This document shows positions 48,301-61,382 of a DNA stretch of 64,000 bases, piece by piece. The notes below the pieces were generated by a model. It saw only the letters and a list, made by a program, of their open reading frames with translations. It did no database searches and was not told the DNA's origin. How positions within the stretch are numbered: the stretch's first letter is position 1; each line of letters starts with the position of its first letter. This DNA comes from Azolla caroliniana (lineage: Eukaryota; Plantae; Polypodiophyta). The translations under genes and the position numbers were made by a program. Location: contig JBHGNT010000005.1 in NCBI GenBank assembly GCA_043228905.1, forward strand, positions 21,452,001 to 21,516,000, written 5' to 3'.

Positions 48301-48671
48301 TGTCATGGATAGATAATATACACAAGAGACTAGAAGAAAATCGAATGGATGAGTTGATGAATTGAAATAGTCCGTAACTGGTGTTGTTCACCTTTATTGT
48401 AATCTAGAAGAACACACATATTTATACAAGTTTTGCGATTGAATATCTCTTGAATATACATGAGAAATACACGTTTAGAATATACCATAGAATATTTGTA
48501 GAATATATACTAAAGACTAGAATATTCTAGATTATAGACTACATGCTAGACTATACAATAATAAACCATATATAAGTTCACATATACCTCAAGAGTTTCC
48601 GAATGGTTTATCTAACATAACATTATGTACCAAGTGTGTGATAGGTTAGGGTTCGAGTTTAGAATGTGACA
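48301..48671 (-). mobile_element. Isolated gypsy LTR related to 45394-45861
   Basis: TGTCA...TGACA termini; shared core CGTAACTRGTGTTGTTCACCTTTATTGTAAT...TATTTATACAAG; no TSD. Confidence 0.65.
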
Positions 48672-50379
48672 TTTATTACCGTTTGTCCATCTTGTCATCT
48701 ATCACCTTGTAGTTTTTTATCTTACAAGTACTATGTGTCATCATATTTGACGACCATGGTGTGGTGATGTGGCTTGCCGAGTGTGGGAAAAAGCGGTGAA
48801 AGAGGTTCAAATCTAGTCTAATGATATGGCGTGATTTATGGAATTTTATTCCTTTTGCATTGAAGACGAATGTGGCGACCTCCATTCCCTTTTTTTCCTA
48901 TAAAAGGAGGTCGAGGGAGGCTCATTTTGGAGGAGGAGACTATCGCTATTTTTCTTTCGAAGCTCTTCATCTTCATCTTCACCACAAAAGCGGTGAAAGA
49001 GGTTCAAATCTAGTCTAATGATATGGCGTGATTTATGTAATTTTATTCCTTTTGCATTGAAGACGAATGTGGCGACCTCCATTCCCTTTTTTTCCTATAA
49101 AAGGAGGTCGAGGGGGGCTCATTTTGGAGGAGGAGACTATCGCTATTTTTCTTTCGAAGCTCTTCATCTTCATCTTCACCATTTTTCTTCATCGTACCCC
49201 TTCACCCCCGCATAGCCACGTGCTCATCTTCTTTGTGTTGACGCTTGAAGTGCTCGGGTCGTTTGAGGGTGCTCGTGAGCTCGAGGCTCGTTGGATCGGT
49301 GTTGCGAGCCCATGTGCTCGCCGTTTGGGTGGTTGTGGCCATGGTCATGGTTCGCTGGGGTCGGCATTTTTGTGGTGTGGTGTGCTAGTGTGCTCGTCTT
49401 CTTCGTGTTCGTGCTCGGTGTTCGGATTTACTCTTGTCTCAAAGGGCATTCACTATTTGTGTTTTGTTGAGCTTGTGGTTAACTAGAAGTTGCCACATTG
49501 TAATCAAACCCTATTTTATAAAGGGCACTCTTGTGTAACTGCAATCGAACACTTATTTACTTCTTTAGCCAATATCATTTGTGTTTTTCTTTCTTTTATT
49601 CTCGTCCCCTTGTAAGGTCATCCGTCTTGTGACGAGGGAGTGTTTCAAGCGTGCCCATGCACCTCTCCTCCTCATAAAGGCGTACAAGCGTTTGCGTGTG
49701 GTTTATGTGTCTTCCTTGTACGTTTGGCCGTCTTGTGACGAGGGAGCGTTTCAGGCGTGCCCATGCACCTCTCCTCCTCATAAAGGTGTATGAGCATTTG
49801 TGCATGTGTTTTGTGTCCCCTTTGTACGTTCGGTCATCTTGTGAAGAGGGAGTGTTTCGGGCGTGCCCATGCACCTCTCCTCCTCATAAGGACGTATGAA
49901 CACTCATGTGTGAGTTTGTGTGTTCCTTGTACGTTCAGCTGTCTTGTGATGAGGGAGCGTTTCGGGCGTGCCCATGCACCTCTCCTCCTCATAAGGACGT
50001 ACGAGCACTCGTGTGTGAGTTTGTGTGTTCCTTGTACCTTCGGCTGTCTTGTGACGAGGGAGCATTCGGGCGTGCCCATGCACCTCTTCTCCTCATAAAG
50101 GCGTACGAGCATTCGTGAATGTGTGTTCTTCCTCCCCTTGTGCATTCATCTTGCGTGTTCATCTTTGCTTGAACCCGTTTGATCACTTGGCTCGTGTGGT
50201 AATCTCGAAAGCTCGAAGAGTCGTGATCAATGAAAGCCATTGGCCCCACAAAAGGGGCAACGAGCCCTTGCTCGGGAAGTAGTCTTGTCGTCAAGCAAAC
50301 CTTGGGTCTTCTCTATCCCTTCATACTCCCTAGTCCAAGACCCCCATGGTCCCGCCCAAGTAACACACACGGGCGAACG
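48672..50379 (+). mobile_element. Large LTR-like sequence with internal tandem repeats
   Basis: CCTATAAAAGG TATA region duplicated (197-bp period, 48789-49181); five ~105-bp repeats; it abuts and truncates the gypsy chromodomain at about 50380. Confidence 0.55.
49624..50140. repeat. Tandem array, 5 x ~105 bp
   Basis: TCTTGTGAYGAGGGAG.GTTTC..GCGTGCCCATGCACCTCTCCTCCTCATAA at about 49624, 49730, 49836, 49941 and 50046. Confidence 0.93.
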
Positions 50380-53300
50380 CGTTCCCATGTGGCATCTTTT
50401 ATTGATTTATCCATCCAGTTTATTTTAAATTCTCGGATTTCTTTAGTACGTAATTTTTTTGTTTTAACATCGAGAATTCTTTCTGGTACATGTGGTTTAG
50501 AAGATAATTCTTCATAAGTAACCAGAGTTTTAGTTGTAACTGTATTGTCACCAGAACCTAGAAGTTCTTTTAGACGACTCACATGGAAGACTGGATGAAT
50601 TTCAACACCATCGGGAAGATCAAGAGGATAGGCTGATGACCCAATGCGTTTGAGGACTGTAAAAGGTCCACAAAACCGTGGGGCTAACTTAGCGCACTTA
50701 CCCATAGACAATGTCTTAGAATTGTGAGGTACACGTAAAAATACCTTCTGTCCAGGGTTGAATACACTAGGTTGCCTATGATGATCGGCATAAAAACGCA
50801 CTCTATCTTGAGCTGTTTTTATATTATCTTGTGCAATATGCAACATATCTTGCATATCCCGAAGAAAGTTTTGCGTACTTCGCAACTCATCATGATGTAT
50901 ATTAACATCAATCGAGGCTCGTGGCTGAAAACCATACATCAACATAAAAGGACTATATCCAGTCGACGTATGCTTGGAGCTGTTATAAGCAAACTCCAAA
51001 ATTGGGAGATAACGTTCCCATTTTGTTGGTTTTGCACCAACGTATGCTCGAAGCATGTCCTCAATAATTTGATTTACTCGTTCTGTCTGTGCATCGGATT
51101 GAGGATGATCCGTGGAGCTCATGCTCAACGTAGTTTCTAACTTCTTAAAGACTTGTGTCCAGAAGTCACTAGTAAACTTTGGATCTCGATCACTCACGAT
51201 ATCCATCGGTAACCCATAAAAACGAAACAATTTGTCAACGAATTGGTAAGCCAATTTAGTAGCAATAAATCTGGCCATTTTAGTTAGTCGATCAACGACA
51301 ACCCATATGGCATCATGGCCTTTTTGGGTGCAAGGAAGGCTAACAATAAAATCCATGGATATGCTTTCCCACTTATTATTGGGAATGTCCAAGGGATGTA
51401 AAAGTCTTGTGGCTTTAAGTCGCTCGGCTTTGTTAACCTGAGACTGGTGACATTTAGTCACATAGCTATGTATGTCAGGACGCATCTTAGGCCAATAAAA
51501 TTGAGTGGAGATGAGAACGAGTGTACGATGTATTCCAGGTGCCCTACTGAGGGTGCATCATGGCATTCAAAAAGAATCCTCTTTTTGACCTCGGGTAAAT
51601 CTGGAACACAAACCTTCCCATTACGGTAGAGCAAACCGTTAGCAATGTGGAAGTATTCCTTCGAGGATGTGGTGGTGTTTGTTCCAGACTAAACTCTTGC
51701 CCAGTATTTTGCAAAATAATTGTCATCAGGATACTTTCCTCGAAGGTGATCATAAAGATCTGATGTTATTTCAGTGAAGCTAAGCATGTTAACTTCACGG
51801 ATGTGACTTAGTGCATCAACGACAGTGTTCACGGAACCTTTACGATATCGTATGGAAAAATCAAAGTCCTGGATGAGATCAGCCCATCGTGCCTTACGAC
51901 CTTTCAGGTCTTGTTGGTCACAAAACTATTTCAAGGACTCGTGGTCCGTAGTTACCACAAAGAGATTTCCATAAAGATAATGGCGCCATGTTTTGAGCGC
52001 ATGTATAACTGCAAATAATTCATTTTCTTGAACGGTATACCGACATTGAGCAGAATCAAGTTTCTTACTCTTGAATGCTATTGGTTTACCATCTTGATAC
52101 AAGACAACACCTATAGCATAATCGCTTGCATCGGTTTCAACCTCAAAAGGTTTTGAAGGATCAGGTAAAAGAAGTGAAGGAGCCTTGCAAACCAGGTCCT
52201 TGAGTTCCTTAAAGGCGAGGTCTAGTGTAGCATTCCACACAATAGGTTTTGTAGACTTACGCATTTGACCTTTTAAAAGACCAGTAAACGGCGTCGTCAA
52301 TTGGGAGTAATTACGAAGAGACTTTCGCAAAAACCCGACAAAACCAAGGAATGATCGAACTTCTCGAATATTCCGAAGAGTGGGCCAAAGCTTGATTTTC
52401 TCAATGCGAGAAGGATCAATTTCAACTCCTCATTCGGTTATGAGATGTCCTAGATAAGTAATTGATTTCTTGAAGAACTCACATTTTGAGATCTTTGCAT
52501 AAAACTGTTTGTCATGCAATGTTTGTAAAACAAAGCGGACATGTCTAGCATGTTCTTGTAATGTACGGCTATAAACTAAAATATCATCCAAGAAAATAAC
52601 GATAAATTTTCCAAGTTGTTCTCGGAAAATGCCATTCATTTCTTGTTGAAAAGTAGCCGGAGCATTGGTCAAACCAAAAGGCATAACCAAAAACTCATAA
52701 TGGCCATAGCGCGTACGAAATGCCGTTTTAGGAACATCGTCCTCACTTATTCGTATTTGATGGTAGCCAGTACGGAGATCAAGTTTCGTAAAATACCGAG
52801 CTCCTTGGAAACGGTCAATTAGATCGTCAGCCCAGGGCAATGGGTACGAATTCTTGATCGTCACTTTATTCAAGCGTTGGTAATTAATACACATACGCCA
52901 TGTGCCCTCTTTCTTTTTAACCAAGAGAACTGGTGCACCCCATGGAGATTTACTATAACGTATATAACCCATTCGTAAATAGTCCTTGAGTTGCTTAGAT
53001 ACCTCATCTTCTTCGGATCGACTTAAGCGATACGGAGGTATACTTATTGGTGCAACACTAGGTACAATATCTATACGATGGTCTATATTACGTTTAGGAG
53101 GTAACCCATCAGGTAGTTCACTCTGAAAAACATCACGAAAATCATTTAAGATTTCATCAAGTTGTTGTTGTTCAAAATATGTTAATTGAACCAAGACATT
53201 ATCGATATTGTAAACGTGAATGTCTGGATCAAGTACACAATAAAATAGAGTAGAACAAGACAACTCGGATATTGATGGAGAGGAAACAATCGAGAGGGAT

Positions 53301-55121
53301 TGCTTTTTTACACATTGAATAAAATGAGTACAATTGTTCAGTACAAAGGAAATGGAATGATGAACCCAATCAATAAATAAGGAAGAGTTTTTATTATAAA
53401 ACCAGGCATAAGCCAGTATTACATTATTGGTACAAAGATTCATTACATGGAAGTCTACTTCCTCTATGTAAATATCAATAGAAATTCCTAATGAATGAAT
53501 CGCCCCGTTGATGTATTGTACTCTTCCATCAACCAAGTGCACCATATAGGTGTGATCACTTACGGTGGGTTGGATTCCCCATATTTGAACCAAATGATCA
53601 TTCACAAAGTTGTGTGAGCTTCCCGAATCAAATAAAAATTGAATGAGAGATCCATTGATATACCCGTTTGCACGTAGTAAATCATTGGTACCCAATACAT
53701 AGTGAGGGAAAGAACATTGACAATTACTTAAATGATGTGTATAGACCTGAAGGACATTAGGAATCTGACCTTTATGGTCTGCAACTTTAGCTTTGTTGTC
53801 GTGCTCTTTCCGTTGGAGCTTTCGACATTGATCTTTTGTATGACCCTTCTTTTTGCAGAATACGCAAAAAGGATGTTGTCGCTTACAATCGCGATCCAGG
53901 AATTCGTTGGGTGTCTTGCATTTCCCAACAAATTGCGACTGCTTAGTCCCGGGCGCTTCGTTGGGTTTGTTGTGGTCCTTCTTCGAAGTGCGTTGATAGT
54001 GAAGAACTATTTCAACGGCCTCTTCGAAGGATTTTGGATCCTTATCGTGCACTATCCAGTGATAGTCCGAATTGGGGATGCCATTGACAAAACAAGCTAT
54101 CAACCAATTGTCCCCTTCTAGACCCGATTTTTGGATTTGGGTTCTAGCATGGTGAACATAGTCTTCTAGCGAGGAAAATTTCCTGCTAGAGAGGTTCATT
54201 AAAGCTTGTGCTACCTCGGTTCGAGAGGGAGATTACAGAAATTGGCCCTTAAAAACCGTGACAAAATCTGTCCAGGTATCGGGCAATTTCCCCATAGTAC
54301 GGAGCCCACACCACCAGGCGGCGGCCTTACCCCCGAGTTCTCAGCCGACATATGCAATCTTCGTACTATCTGGTGTGGGATAGAGCTCAAAATGAGACTC
54401 CCATCGTCCCAGCCATGTGCAGATTGCTTCTTCGGTTCTTTCCTTTTTGTCTCCCGTAAATGGCTTAACGACAAATGATGGTTCACCTTGTCGCTCATCA
54501 GGTCTATTAGTCTCACATTGTAGACTAATGACATGTGCCTCAAGAGCACTCTGAGATTGCCGAAGTTCGGTCATCTGTTGAGCGGTGAAACTAAGGTATT
54601 GGGTTATTTGTGCCAAATACATCTCAGTGGACATTTGTCCAGGAGGATTCCCTTGAGTTCCTTCCGCTTGAGCGGATGACATCGGGTCGTTAATTTGAGC
54701 CATTAAAGATTATTTATGGAAAAGAAATAGGATAAGGTCAGAGAGATAGTCATAACATCATGTCGTGATGTAAACATATCATGGGCAAACATTAATCGAT
54801 ATCATGATCTCACGTCAATACCCCTCTAGACGTATGAGATGAGGTTCAAGATCAGGTTACTATGGTAACACAAAGGTGTTTTAAAAACCATGGGGGTGAC
54901 AAATAAATGTCTTTCCCTGATCTCTATATCGATTTTTTCATGGTGGCTCCCCGAGGCTCAACCATGTATGTTCGCGTCATGAATTGTTTATACACGAAAA
55001 AAATGTTAACAATAAACTATGTTTCGGTGCCCACATATGTGGTTTCGGCTCTTTAAGTCCTATTATGAGGACCCCGAGGTGCACTTAGACCTTAAGTCTA
55101 AACATGTGTTATAGTCATATG

Positions 55122-58100
55122 TGTTAGGAATAGGCGCTTCTATTCACCTTCACCGCTCGGCCACAACCGAGTAAGCACCAATCAATGGAGCAGAAAATAG
55201 GTACCGCGCGGAGAAACAAGACACGAGCACACAGGGATTAACGTGGAAAACCCTAGACGGGAAAAACCACGGGAGTCCAAGACTCCAAACCAACACTATA
55301 CAGAAAAGTATACAATGGCGAACTGCAAGGCGACAACCTTGAGCTCGCTGTCCTCGCCACAGGCGGCGGAAATACACAGAGGCGTCTACCTCTTCCTCTC
55401 TCCCGCTCTATCTCTCTCTCTCTCTCTCACGGCTGCTCTCTCTCTTCACTCCTCTTAAGTGGAAAAAACAAAAAAAAGAGTAGCAACATAAATTGTTTGC
55501 CCTAAGTCATATTTATACACATATGACTTTCGGGCTATTTACAAAATATAGCCTCAAGGGCTCTTGGCAAACATATTCACAAATATGTCCCCGCATCCGG
55601 ATCTCTCTCCGGGTACATTCGTCATCCGGCTCCGTAACCGGGATCTTCAGCATCCGCTCCGTAACCGGGATCTTCAGCATCCGGCTCCGTAGCCGGGGTC
55701 TTCATCATCCGGCTCCGTAACCGGGGTCTTCATCATCCGGCTCCGTAACCGCAACCGGGCTTGCCGTCATTTATCTCCGGGGACATCCCATCCGGAGGGA
55801 CCGAAATCCCAACAAACTCCCCCTTCACTTCGGCATGGGATGTCTCTCCAATCCAATCCTCTTCCGGCATGCTTCCAACTTGTCGGGTGTGAGCACTTTG
55901 GTCAGCATATCTGAGCCGTTCTCGTCCGTGTGGATCTTCAACAGCACGAACTCCTGGTCTTCTATCCTTTCCCGGATCCAGTGATATCTTCGCTGGATGT
56001 GCTTCGTCCAGGAGTGATAGGCCGCGTTCTTCGCAAGGTGGATGGCACTCTGACTGTCACAGTAGAGTCGGTACTCCTCCTGCCGGATACCGAGCTCTCT
56101 AATGAAGTCCTTCATCCATATCATTTCCTTGCCGGCTTCAACAGCCGCCATGTACTCCGCCTCCGTGGTTGACAACGCAACCGTCTTCTGCAGCCTCGAC
56201 TGCCACGAAACAGCTCCCCCTGCATACGTCATCACATACCCTGATGTGGACCGGCTGGTATCTGCATCAGCCGACATATCCGAATCGGTAAAGCCGTCGA
56301 GTTCGGGCTTACCGGAGCCGAATCGGAGGCACACGTTTGCCGTGCCCTTCAGATATCGCAATATCCACTTGACCGCGTTCCAGTGTTCTTTGCCGGGATT
56401 GCTCATGTACCGGCTCACCACTCCGACTGCATATCCTATGTCCGGTCTTGTACACACCATTGCGTACATCAAGCTTCCGACGGAAGAGGCATATGGTACT
56501 TTCATCATGTCCTCTTTCTCAGCCTTTGTCTCGGGGCTTTGCCTGTTGGACAGCTTGCAGTTTGCCAGGAGAGTTGATCCGACCGGTCTTGCTTCCGACA
56601 TGTTGAATCGGTGAAGCACCTTTGTTACGTACTTCTCCTGTGACAGCCACAACTGCTTCTTCTTCCGGTCTCGGATGATGTGCATCCCTAGTATTTGCCT
56701 CGCCGGACCCAGGTCCTTCATTGAGAAGGTTCGGTGAAGTGCTTTCTTCAGCATCCGTATCTTGCCCTGGTCCCGTCCGACGATCAACATGTCGTCCACG
56801 TACTGGAGGAGTATTAGAAAGTCTCCTCCTTCGAACTTCTTCACAAACACGCAGTGGTCGGACTGCGTTTTGAGGTACCCTTCGTCGGTCATGAAAGAGT
56901 CAAACTTCCGGTACCATTGCCGGGGAGCCTGCTTCAGTCCGTAAAGGCTCTTCTTCAACCGGCATACTAGGTGCTCCTTCCCTTTCTTCTCGAATCCTTC
57001 CGGTTGCTGCATGTAGATCTCTTCTTCGAGGTCACCGTGAAGGAATGCCGTCTTCACGTCCATCTGTTCTACCTCGAGGTCCATGCTTGCCGCTATGCTC
57101 AGCACCGTTCGGATGGAGGTCATCTTCACTACCGGGGCAAATATCTCGTCGAAGTCGACGCCCTTCTTCTGCTGGAACCCCTTCACCACGATCCTGGCTT
57201 TGTATCTCGGGGGGTTTCCGGCATCTCCCGGTTTCAGCTTGAACACCCACTTGTTTCGAAGTGCCCGCTTTCCTTTCGGCAACTCCACAAGTTCATATGT
57301 GTGGTTCTCATGCAGGGAATCCATCTCCTCCTGCATGGCACTTAACCACCTGCGGCTATGGGTGTCAAGTTTTGCTTCTTCAAAGCTCTCCAGCTCCCCC
57401 TCGTCGGTTAGCAGCACGTGCTCTGGTTCCGGAAATCTCCGGGGGGGCCTTCTCTCTCTTAGAGGATATCTCCGTTCTGGAGCTTCGGTAACCGGTTCTT
57501 CCGATTCTTCTTCATCCGAATCCATTTCGGGATCGGGGCCGGTTCCGGTATTATTTTCATCTTCTTCGGCCGGTTCTGTTTCTTCACCGTCTTCGGCCAG
57601 ATCCTCGAGTGCTAACCGGTCCCTTGCTGGTCGGGACTGCTCCTCGTAGAGTTGATCCTCACCGGTCGACTTGGAGCTCTTCATCTTCTTCTCCGACTCC
57701 CAGTCGGCGAGTGTCTTGTCCTCCATGAAGATGATGTCTCGACTCCTGAATATCTTCTTGTCGACCGGGTCCCATACTCGGTAGCCGAACTCGTCATCGC
57801 CGTAACCGAGGAATATGCATGGCCGGGTCTTTGGATCTAGCTTTCCTCTCCGGTCCTTTGCCACATGCACGTATGCGAGACACCCAAATACCTTCAGATG
57901 CCGGTAGGACACTTCCTTACCGGTCCACACTTTCTGCGGCGTGTCTCCGTCCAAAGGTACTGAGGGTGATCTGTTTATCACGTATGTCGCCGTCGACATT
58001 GCCTCAGCCCAAAACCCCTTGGGTAATTTCGCATGCGCCAGCATACTCCGGACCCTCTCCATTATGGTCCGGTTCATCCTCTCGGCCAGCCCGTTCAGTT

Positions 58101-60623
58101 CCGGCGTCTTCGGCACAGTAAACTCGAGTCGGATTCCCTTCGAGCGACAGTACTCCTGGAACTGCCCCTGGTATTCCCCTCCGTTATCCGCTCGTATCGC
58201 TTTCAGCTTCTTGCCAGATTCCCTTTCCACTCTCGCGTGAAGTTCTTTGAAGACGGACAATACTTGGTCCTTTGTCTTCAACGGTGCCGTCCACAGCTTC
58301 CGGCTATGGTCATCTATGAATGTCACGAAGTACTGGGCTCCGCCATGTGACTTCGTTTCTACTTGACACACGTCAGTGTACACCAGCTCCAATGGTGCGC
58401 TACGTCTCGTCGCTGGCCTTGAGTGGAAAGAGGCTCGGTTCTGCTTACCGGCCAGGCAATCGGTGCACTTCTCCAGGTGCACATGCTTCACTGGAATAAG
58501 GTTGTCTTCTGCAAGCCTCTTCATCCCCTTCTCACTCATGTGGCACAGTCTTTTGTGCCACAGCTCACCGGCAGTGTCGGTTGCCACATTCAGCTCTTCC
58601 GGACATAACCGGGCATTCATCAGGTACAATGTGTTGTCTTTCCGGGCCCGAGCCACTATCAGGCTCCCCTTGCTGAACTTCATTACGCCGTTCCGGATGC
58701 TACCTGTGTAGCCTTCATCGTCTAGCCTCCCGGCCGAAATCAGGTTCAATCGAACCTCCGGAACGTGTTGGACATCCTTCAACAGCATTTTGCATCCGGT
58801 CGAGGTTGTCAACCACACGTCTCCTATGCCGGCAATCCGGCATGTACCTTCATTTCCCATCCGAACACAGCCATGCTCACCGGCTGTGTAGGATGAGAAG
58901 TATCTTCTCTCTGGGGTCAGGTGGAACGATGCTCCGGAATCGACCACCCAGGTCGTCTCATCGCCGGCAATGTTTAGTTCACCTTCTTCGGTGATGAGCA
59001 TGATTTCCTCTTCACTTGCCGCGAGTGCCGTCGTTCCTTTCCGGTCCTGCCCTCGCCGATCTGGACCTCTCCGGTCCGTGGCTCCCCGGTATGCACCGTT
59101 TCTCTCCGGTGACTTCTTCGAATCGGTGTCGTCGGCTCCGTTGTCCTTTCGGTAATGCCGACAATTCTTCCGGAAGTGCCCCGGCTTCCCACAGTGGAAG
59201 CATGTGGGTCTTCCTCTTGACTGCGACCGGGTCCCCGACTTCTCCCGTCTTTGCGGACTCCGGTTCCATTGTCTTCCCCGTTCCGATTCGGTAAGCAGCG
59301 CCTTTGAGTCGGAGGCCGGTTCCTTATCTCTCCGACGCGCTTCTTCGTTCAAAATACTTGTCTTTACCGTTTGTAGGGACAAGTTATCTTCCGTGCAGGA
59401 GGTGCTGAGAGTCACCACCAAGTTCTCCCAGCTATCCGGCAATGTACACATCAGAATGATGGCTTGCATTGCATCCTCCAACGGGAACTTGATCGCCGCA
59501 AGCTGATTCACGAATCCCATGAACGTGCTTACGTGTTCCATCATACTCTCGCCGTCCCGGTACTTTAGGTTCACTATCTTCCTCATCAGGGAGGTCCGGT
59601 TCAACGCATTTTTCCTCTCGTAGAGGCCCGACAGCTTCTTCCACATCTCATATGCGTTGGTGTCGTTTGCCACATGTTGTAGAACGCTCACGTCTACGTA
59701 TTGCCGAATGGTTGCAACGGCTTTCCGGTTCAGAAGCCTCCATTCCGACTCAAGTACCCCTTTCGGTATTTCCGACCTGTCAATCGGTTCGTACAGGTCC
59801 CGAACAATCAGAAGATCCTCCATCTTGATCTTCCAGTCGGCGTAATTCTGCGCATTCAGCACCATCATCCCCGGCTGCCCGCTGCCGCCGCCTTCCATTT
59901 TCTGCAGCAGTTCGCTCTGATACCAGTTTGTTAGGAATAGGCGCTTCTATTCACCTTCACCGCTCGGCCACAACCGAGTAAGCACGAATCAATGGAGCAG
60001 AAAATAGGTACCGCACGGAGAAACAAGACACGAGCACACAGGGATTAACGTGGAAAACCCTAGACGGGAAAAACCACGGGAGTCCAAGACTCCAAACCAA
60101 CACTATACAGAAAAGTATACAATGGCGAACTGCAAGGCGACAACCTTGAGCTCGCTGTCCTCGCCACAGGCGGCGGAAATACACAGAGGCGTCTACCTCT
60201 TCCTCTCTCCCGCTCTATCTCTCTCTCTCTCTCTCTCACGGCTGCTCTCTCTCTTCACTCCTCTTAAGTGGAAAAAACAAAAAAAAGAGTAGCAACATAA
60301 ACTGTTTGCCCTAAGTCATATTTATACACATATGACTTTCGGGCTATTTACAAAATATAGCCTCAAGGGCTCTTGGCAAACATATTCACAAATATGTCCC
60401 CGCATCCGGATCTCTCTCCGGGTACATTCGTCATCCGGCTCCGTAACCGGGATCTTCAGCATCCGCTCCGTAACCGGGATCTTCAGCATCCGGCTCCGTA
60501 GCCGGGGTCTTCATCATCCGGCTCCGTAACCGGGGTCTTCATCATCCGGCTCCGTAACCGCAACCGGGCTTGCCGTCATTTATCTCCGGGGACATCCCAT
60601 CCGGAGGGACCGAAATCCCAACA
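55122..60623 (-). mobile_element. Intact, very young Ty1/copia LTR retrotransposon
   Basis: LTRs 55122-55814 and 59929-60623 are almost identical; TSD ATATG; PBS (GCTCTGATACCA on +) at 59914-59925; PPT at 55815-55825. Confidence 0.98.
55825..59898 (-). CDS. copia gag-pol polyprotein, 1357 aa, uninterrupted
   Basis: CFHCGKPGHFRKNC, WVVDSGAS, WHKRLCH..CTDC, RADNGGEY, QMDVKTAFLHG, LYGLKQAPRQW, YVDDML, FTDSD...STTEAEY. Confidence 0.97.
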   Translation of the reverse strand: MEGGGSGQPGMMVLNAQNYADWKIKMEDLLIVRDLYEPIDRSEIPKGVLESEWRLLNRKAVATIRQYVDVSVLQHVANDTNAYEMWKKLSGLYERKNALNRTSLMRKIVNLKYRDGESMMEHVSTFMGFVNQLAAIKFPLEDAMQAIILMCTLPDSWENLVVTLSTSCTEDNLSLQTVKTSILNEEARRRDKEPASDSKALLTESERGRQWNRSPQRREKSGTRSQSRGRPTCFHCGKPGHFRKNCRHYRKDNGADDTDSKKSPERNGAYRGATDRRGPDRRGQDRKGTTALAASEEEIMLITEEGELNIAGDETTWVVDSGASFHLTPERRYFSSYTAGEHGCVRMGNEGTCRIAGIGDVWLTTSTGCKMLLKDVQHVPEVRLNLISAGRLDDEGYTGSIRNGVMKFSKGSLIVARARKDNTLYLMNARLCPEELNVATDTAGELWHKRLCHMSEKGMKRLAEDNLIPVKHVHLEKCTDCLAGKQNRASFHSRPATRRSAPLELVYTDVCQVETKSHGGAQYFVTFIDDHSRKLWTAPLKTKDQVLSVFKELHARVERESGKKLKAIRADNGGEYQGQFQEYCRSKGIRLEFTVPKTPELNGLAERMNRTIMERVRSMLAHAKLPKGFWAEAMSTATYVINRSPSVPLDGDTPQKVWTGKEVSYRHLKVFGCLAYVHVAKDRRGKLDPKTRPCIFLGYGDDEFGYRVWDPVDKKIFRSRDIIFMEDKTLADWESEKKMKSSKSTGEDQLYEEQSRPARDRLALEDLAEDGEETEPAEEDENNTGTGPDPEMDSDEEESEEPVTEAPERRYPLRERRPPRRFPEPEHVLLTDEGELESFEEAKLDTHSRRWLSAMQEEMDSLHENHTYELVELPKGKRALRNKWVFKLKPGDAGNPPRYKARIVVKGFQQKKGVDFDEIFAPVVKMTSIRTVLSIAASMDLEVEQMDVKTAFLHGDLEEEIYMQQPEGFEKKGKEHLVCRLKKSLYGLKQAPRQWYRKFDSFMTDEGYLKTQSDHCVFVKKFEGGDFLILLQYVDDMLIVGRDQGKIRMLKKALHRTFSMKDLGPARQILGMHIIRDRKKKQLWLSQEKYVTKVLHRFNMSEARPVGSTLLANCKLSNRQSPETKAEKEDMMKVPYASSVGSLMYAMVCTRPDIGYAVGVVSRYMSNPGKEHWNAVKWILRYLKGTANVCLRFGSGKPELDGFTDSDMSADADTSRSTSGYVMTYAGGAVSWQSRLQKTVALSTTEAEYMAAVEAGKEMIWMKDFIRELGIRQEEYRLYCDSQSAIHLAKNAAYHSWTKHIQRRYHWIRERIEDQEFVLLKIHTDENGSDMLTKVLTPDKLEACRKRIGLERHPMPK

Positions 60624-61382
60624 ATATGTATCAAGGATGTTGTATGGTCTTGGTCATATTTGAACTCGAGACCTCGAGAACAAATACATTAAACACTTGA
60701 GCCAACCAAGTAAGTTGCTCTTCTTAAATGCTTAATGTTTGATGCGTATAAGAGATATGCGAGATCATATATGTTTTTTCTAAAAGAACATATATGTCAA
60801 GGGTCCTTATTTCGCCCTCATTTACCAAAACTATGTTGGTACGTTACCTAACCTCAAGTCTCATAATTACGATGGCATACGCCAAAGTGCAACCTAATGG
60901 TCAAGCCAAATGAGCCCTCATTTCGTAGTAGGCTCACGTGGCCCATCACATGGTCACGTCATTATGAATGCCTCTCGTAAGAACGAGCTCATGGTGGCAT
61001 CATATCCATGTAACGAGGGAGGGATGTTGGATACGTGTGTCATTGGAGCGACCTCACTTGAAATGGGTCAAGCCCTATGTACTCAACATCATTATGGCTA
61101 TAGGCGTTTCTTTACGTAACGAAATCGAGGTCATCAACGGAGTTGTCAACAATAAAAAATTGTTGAAAAAGGGATGGTGACAACGGCATTCTCACAAAAA
61201 TGTGAGGACGGCCACCAACATCCTTTTCCCGACAAGGACAACTTTCGATATAATCACGTAATAACGAATATACACATATGTTTACTTATCACATATATAC
61301 GATCAAATACATATATATGTGACCACATATGCCTATATTAAACATATCGTTATATTAAATAGCCACAAATGATGTGATTGAG

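Noticed and set aside
49624-50140. CRISPR array or repetitive protein ORFs
   Set aside because: Whole units including the inter-core parts are homologous, so it is a simple tandem repeat; the ORFs are by-products.
55930-59934. Many plus-strand ORFs opposite the copia polyprotein
   Set aside because: Antisense shadows of a GC-rich ORF with no recognisable domains.
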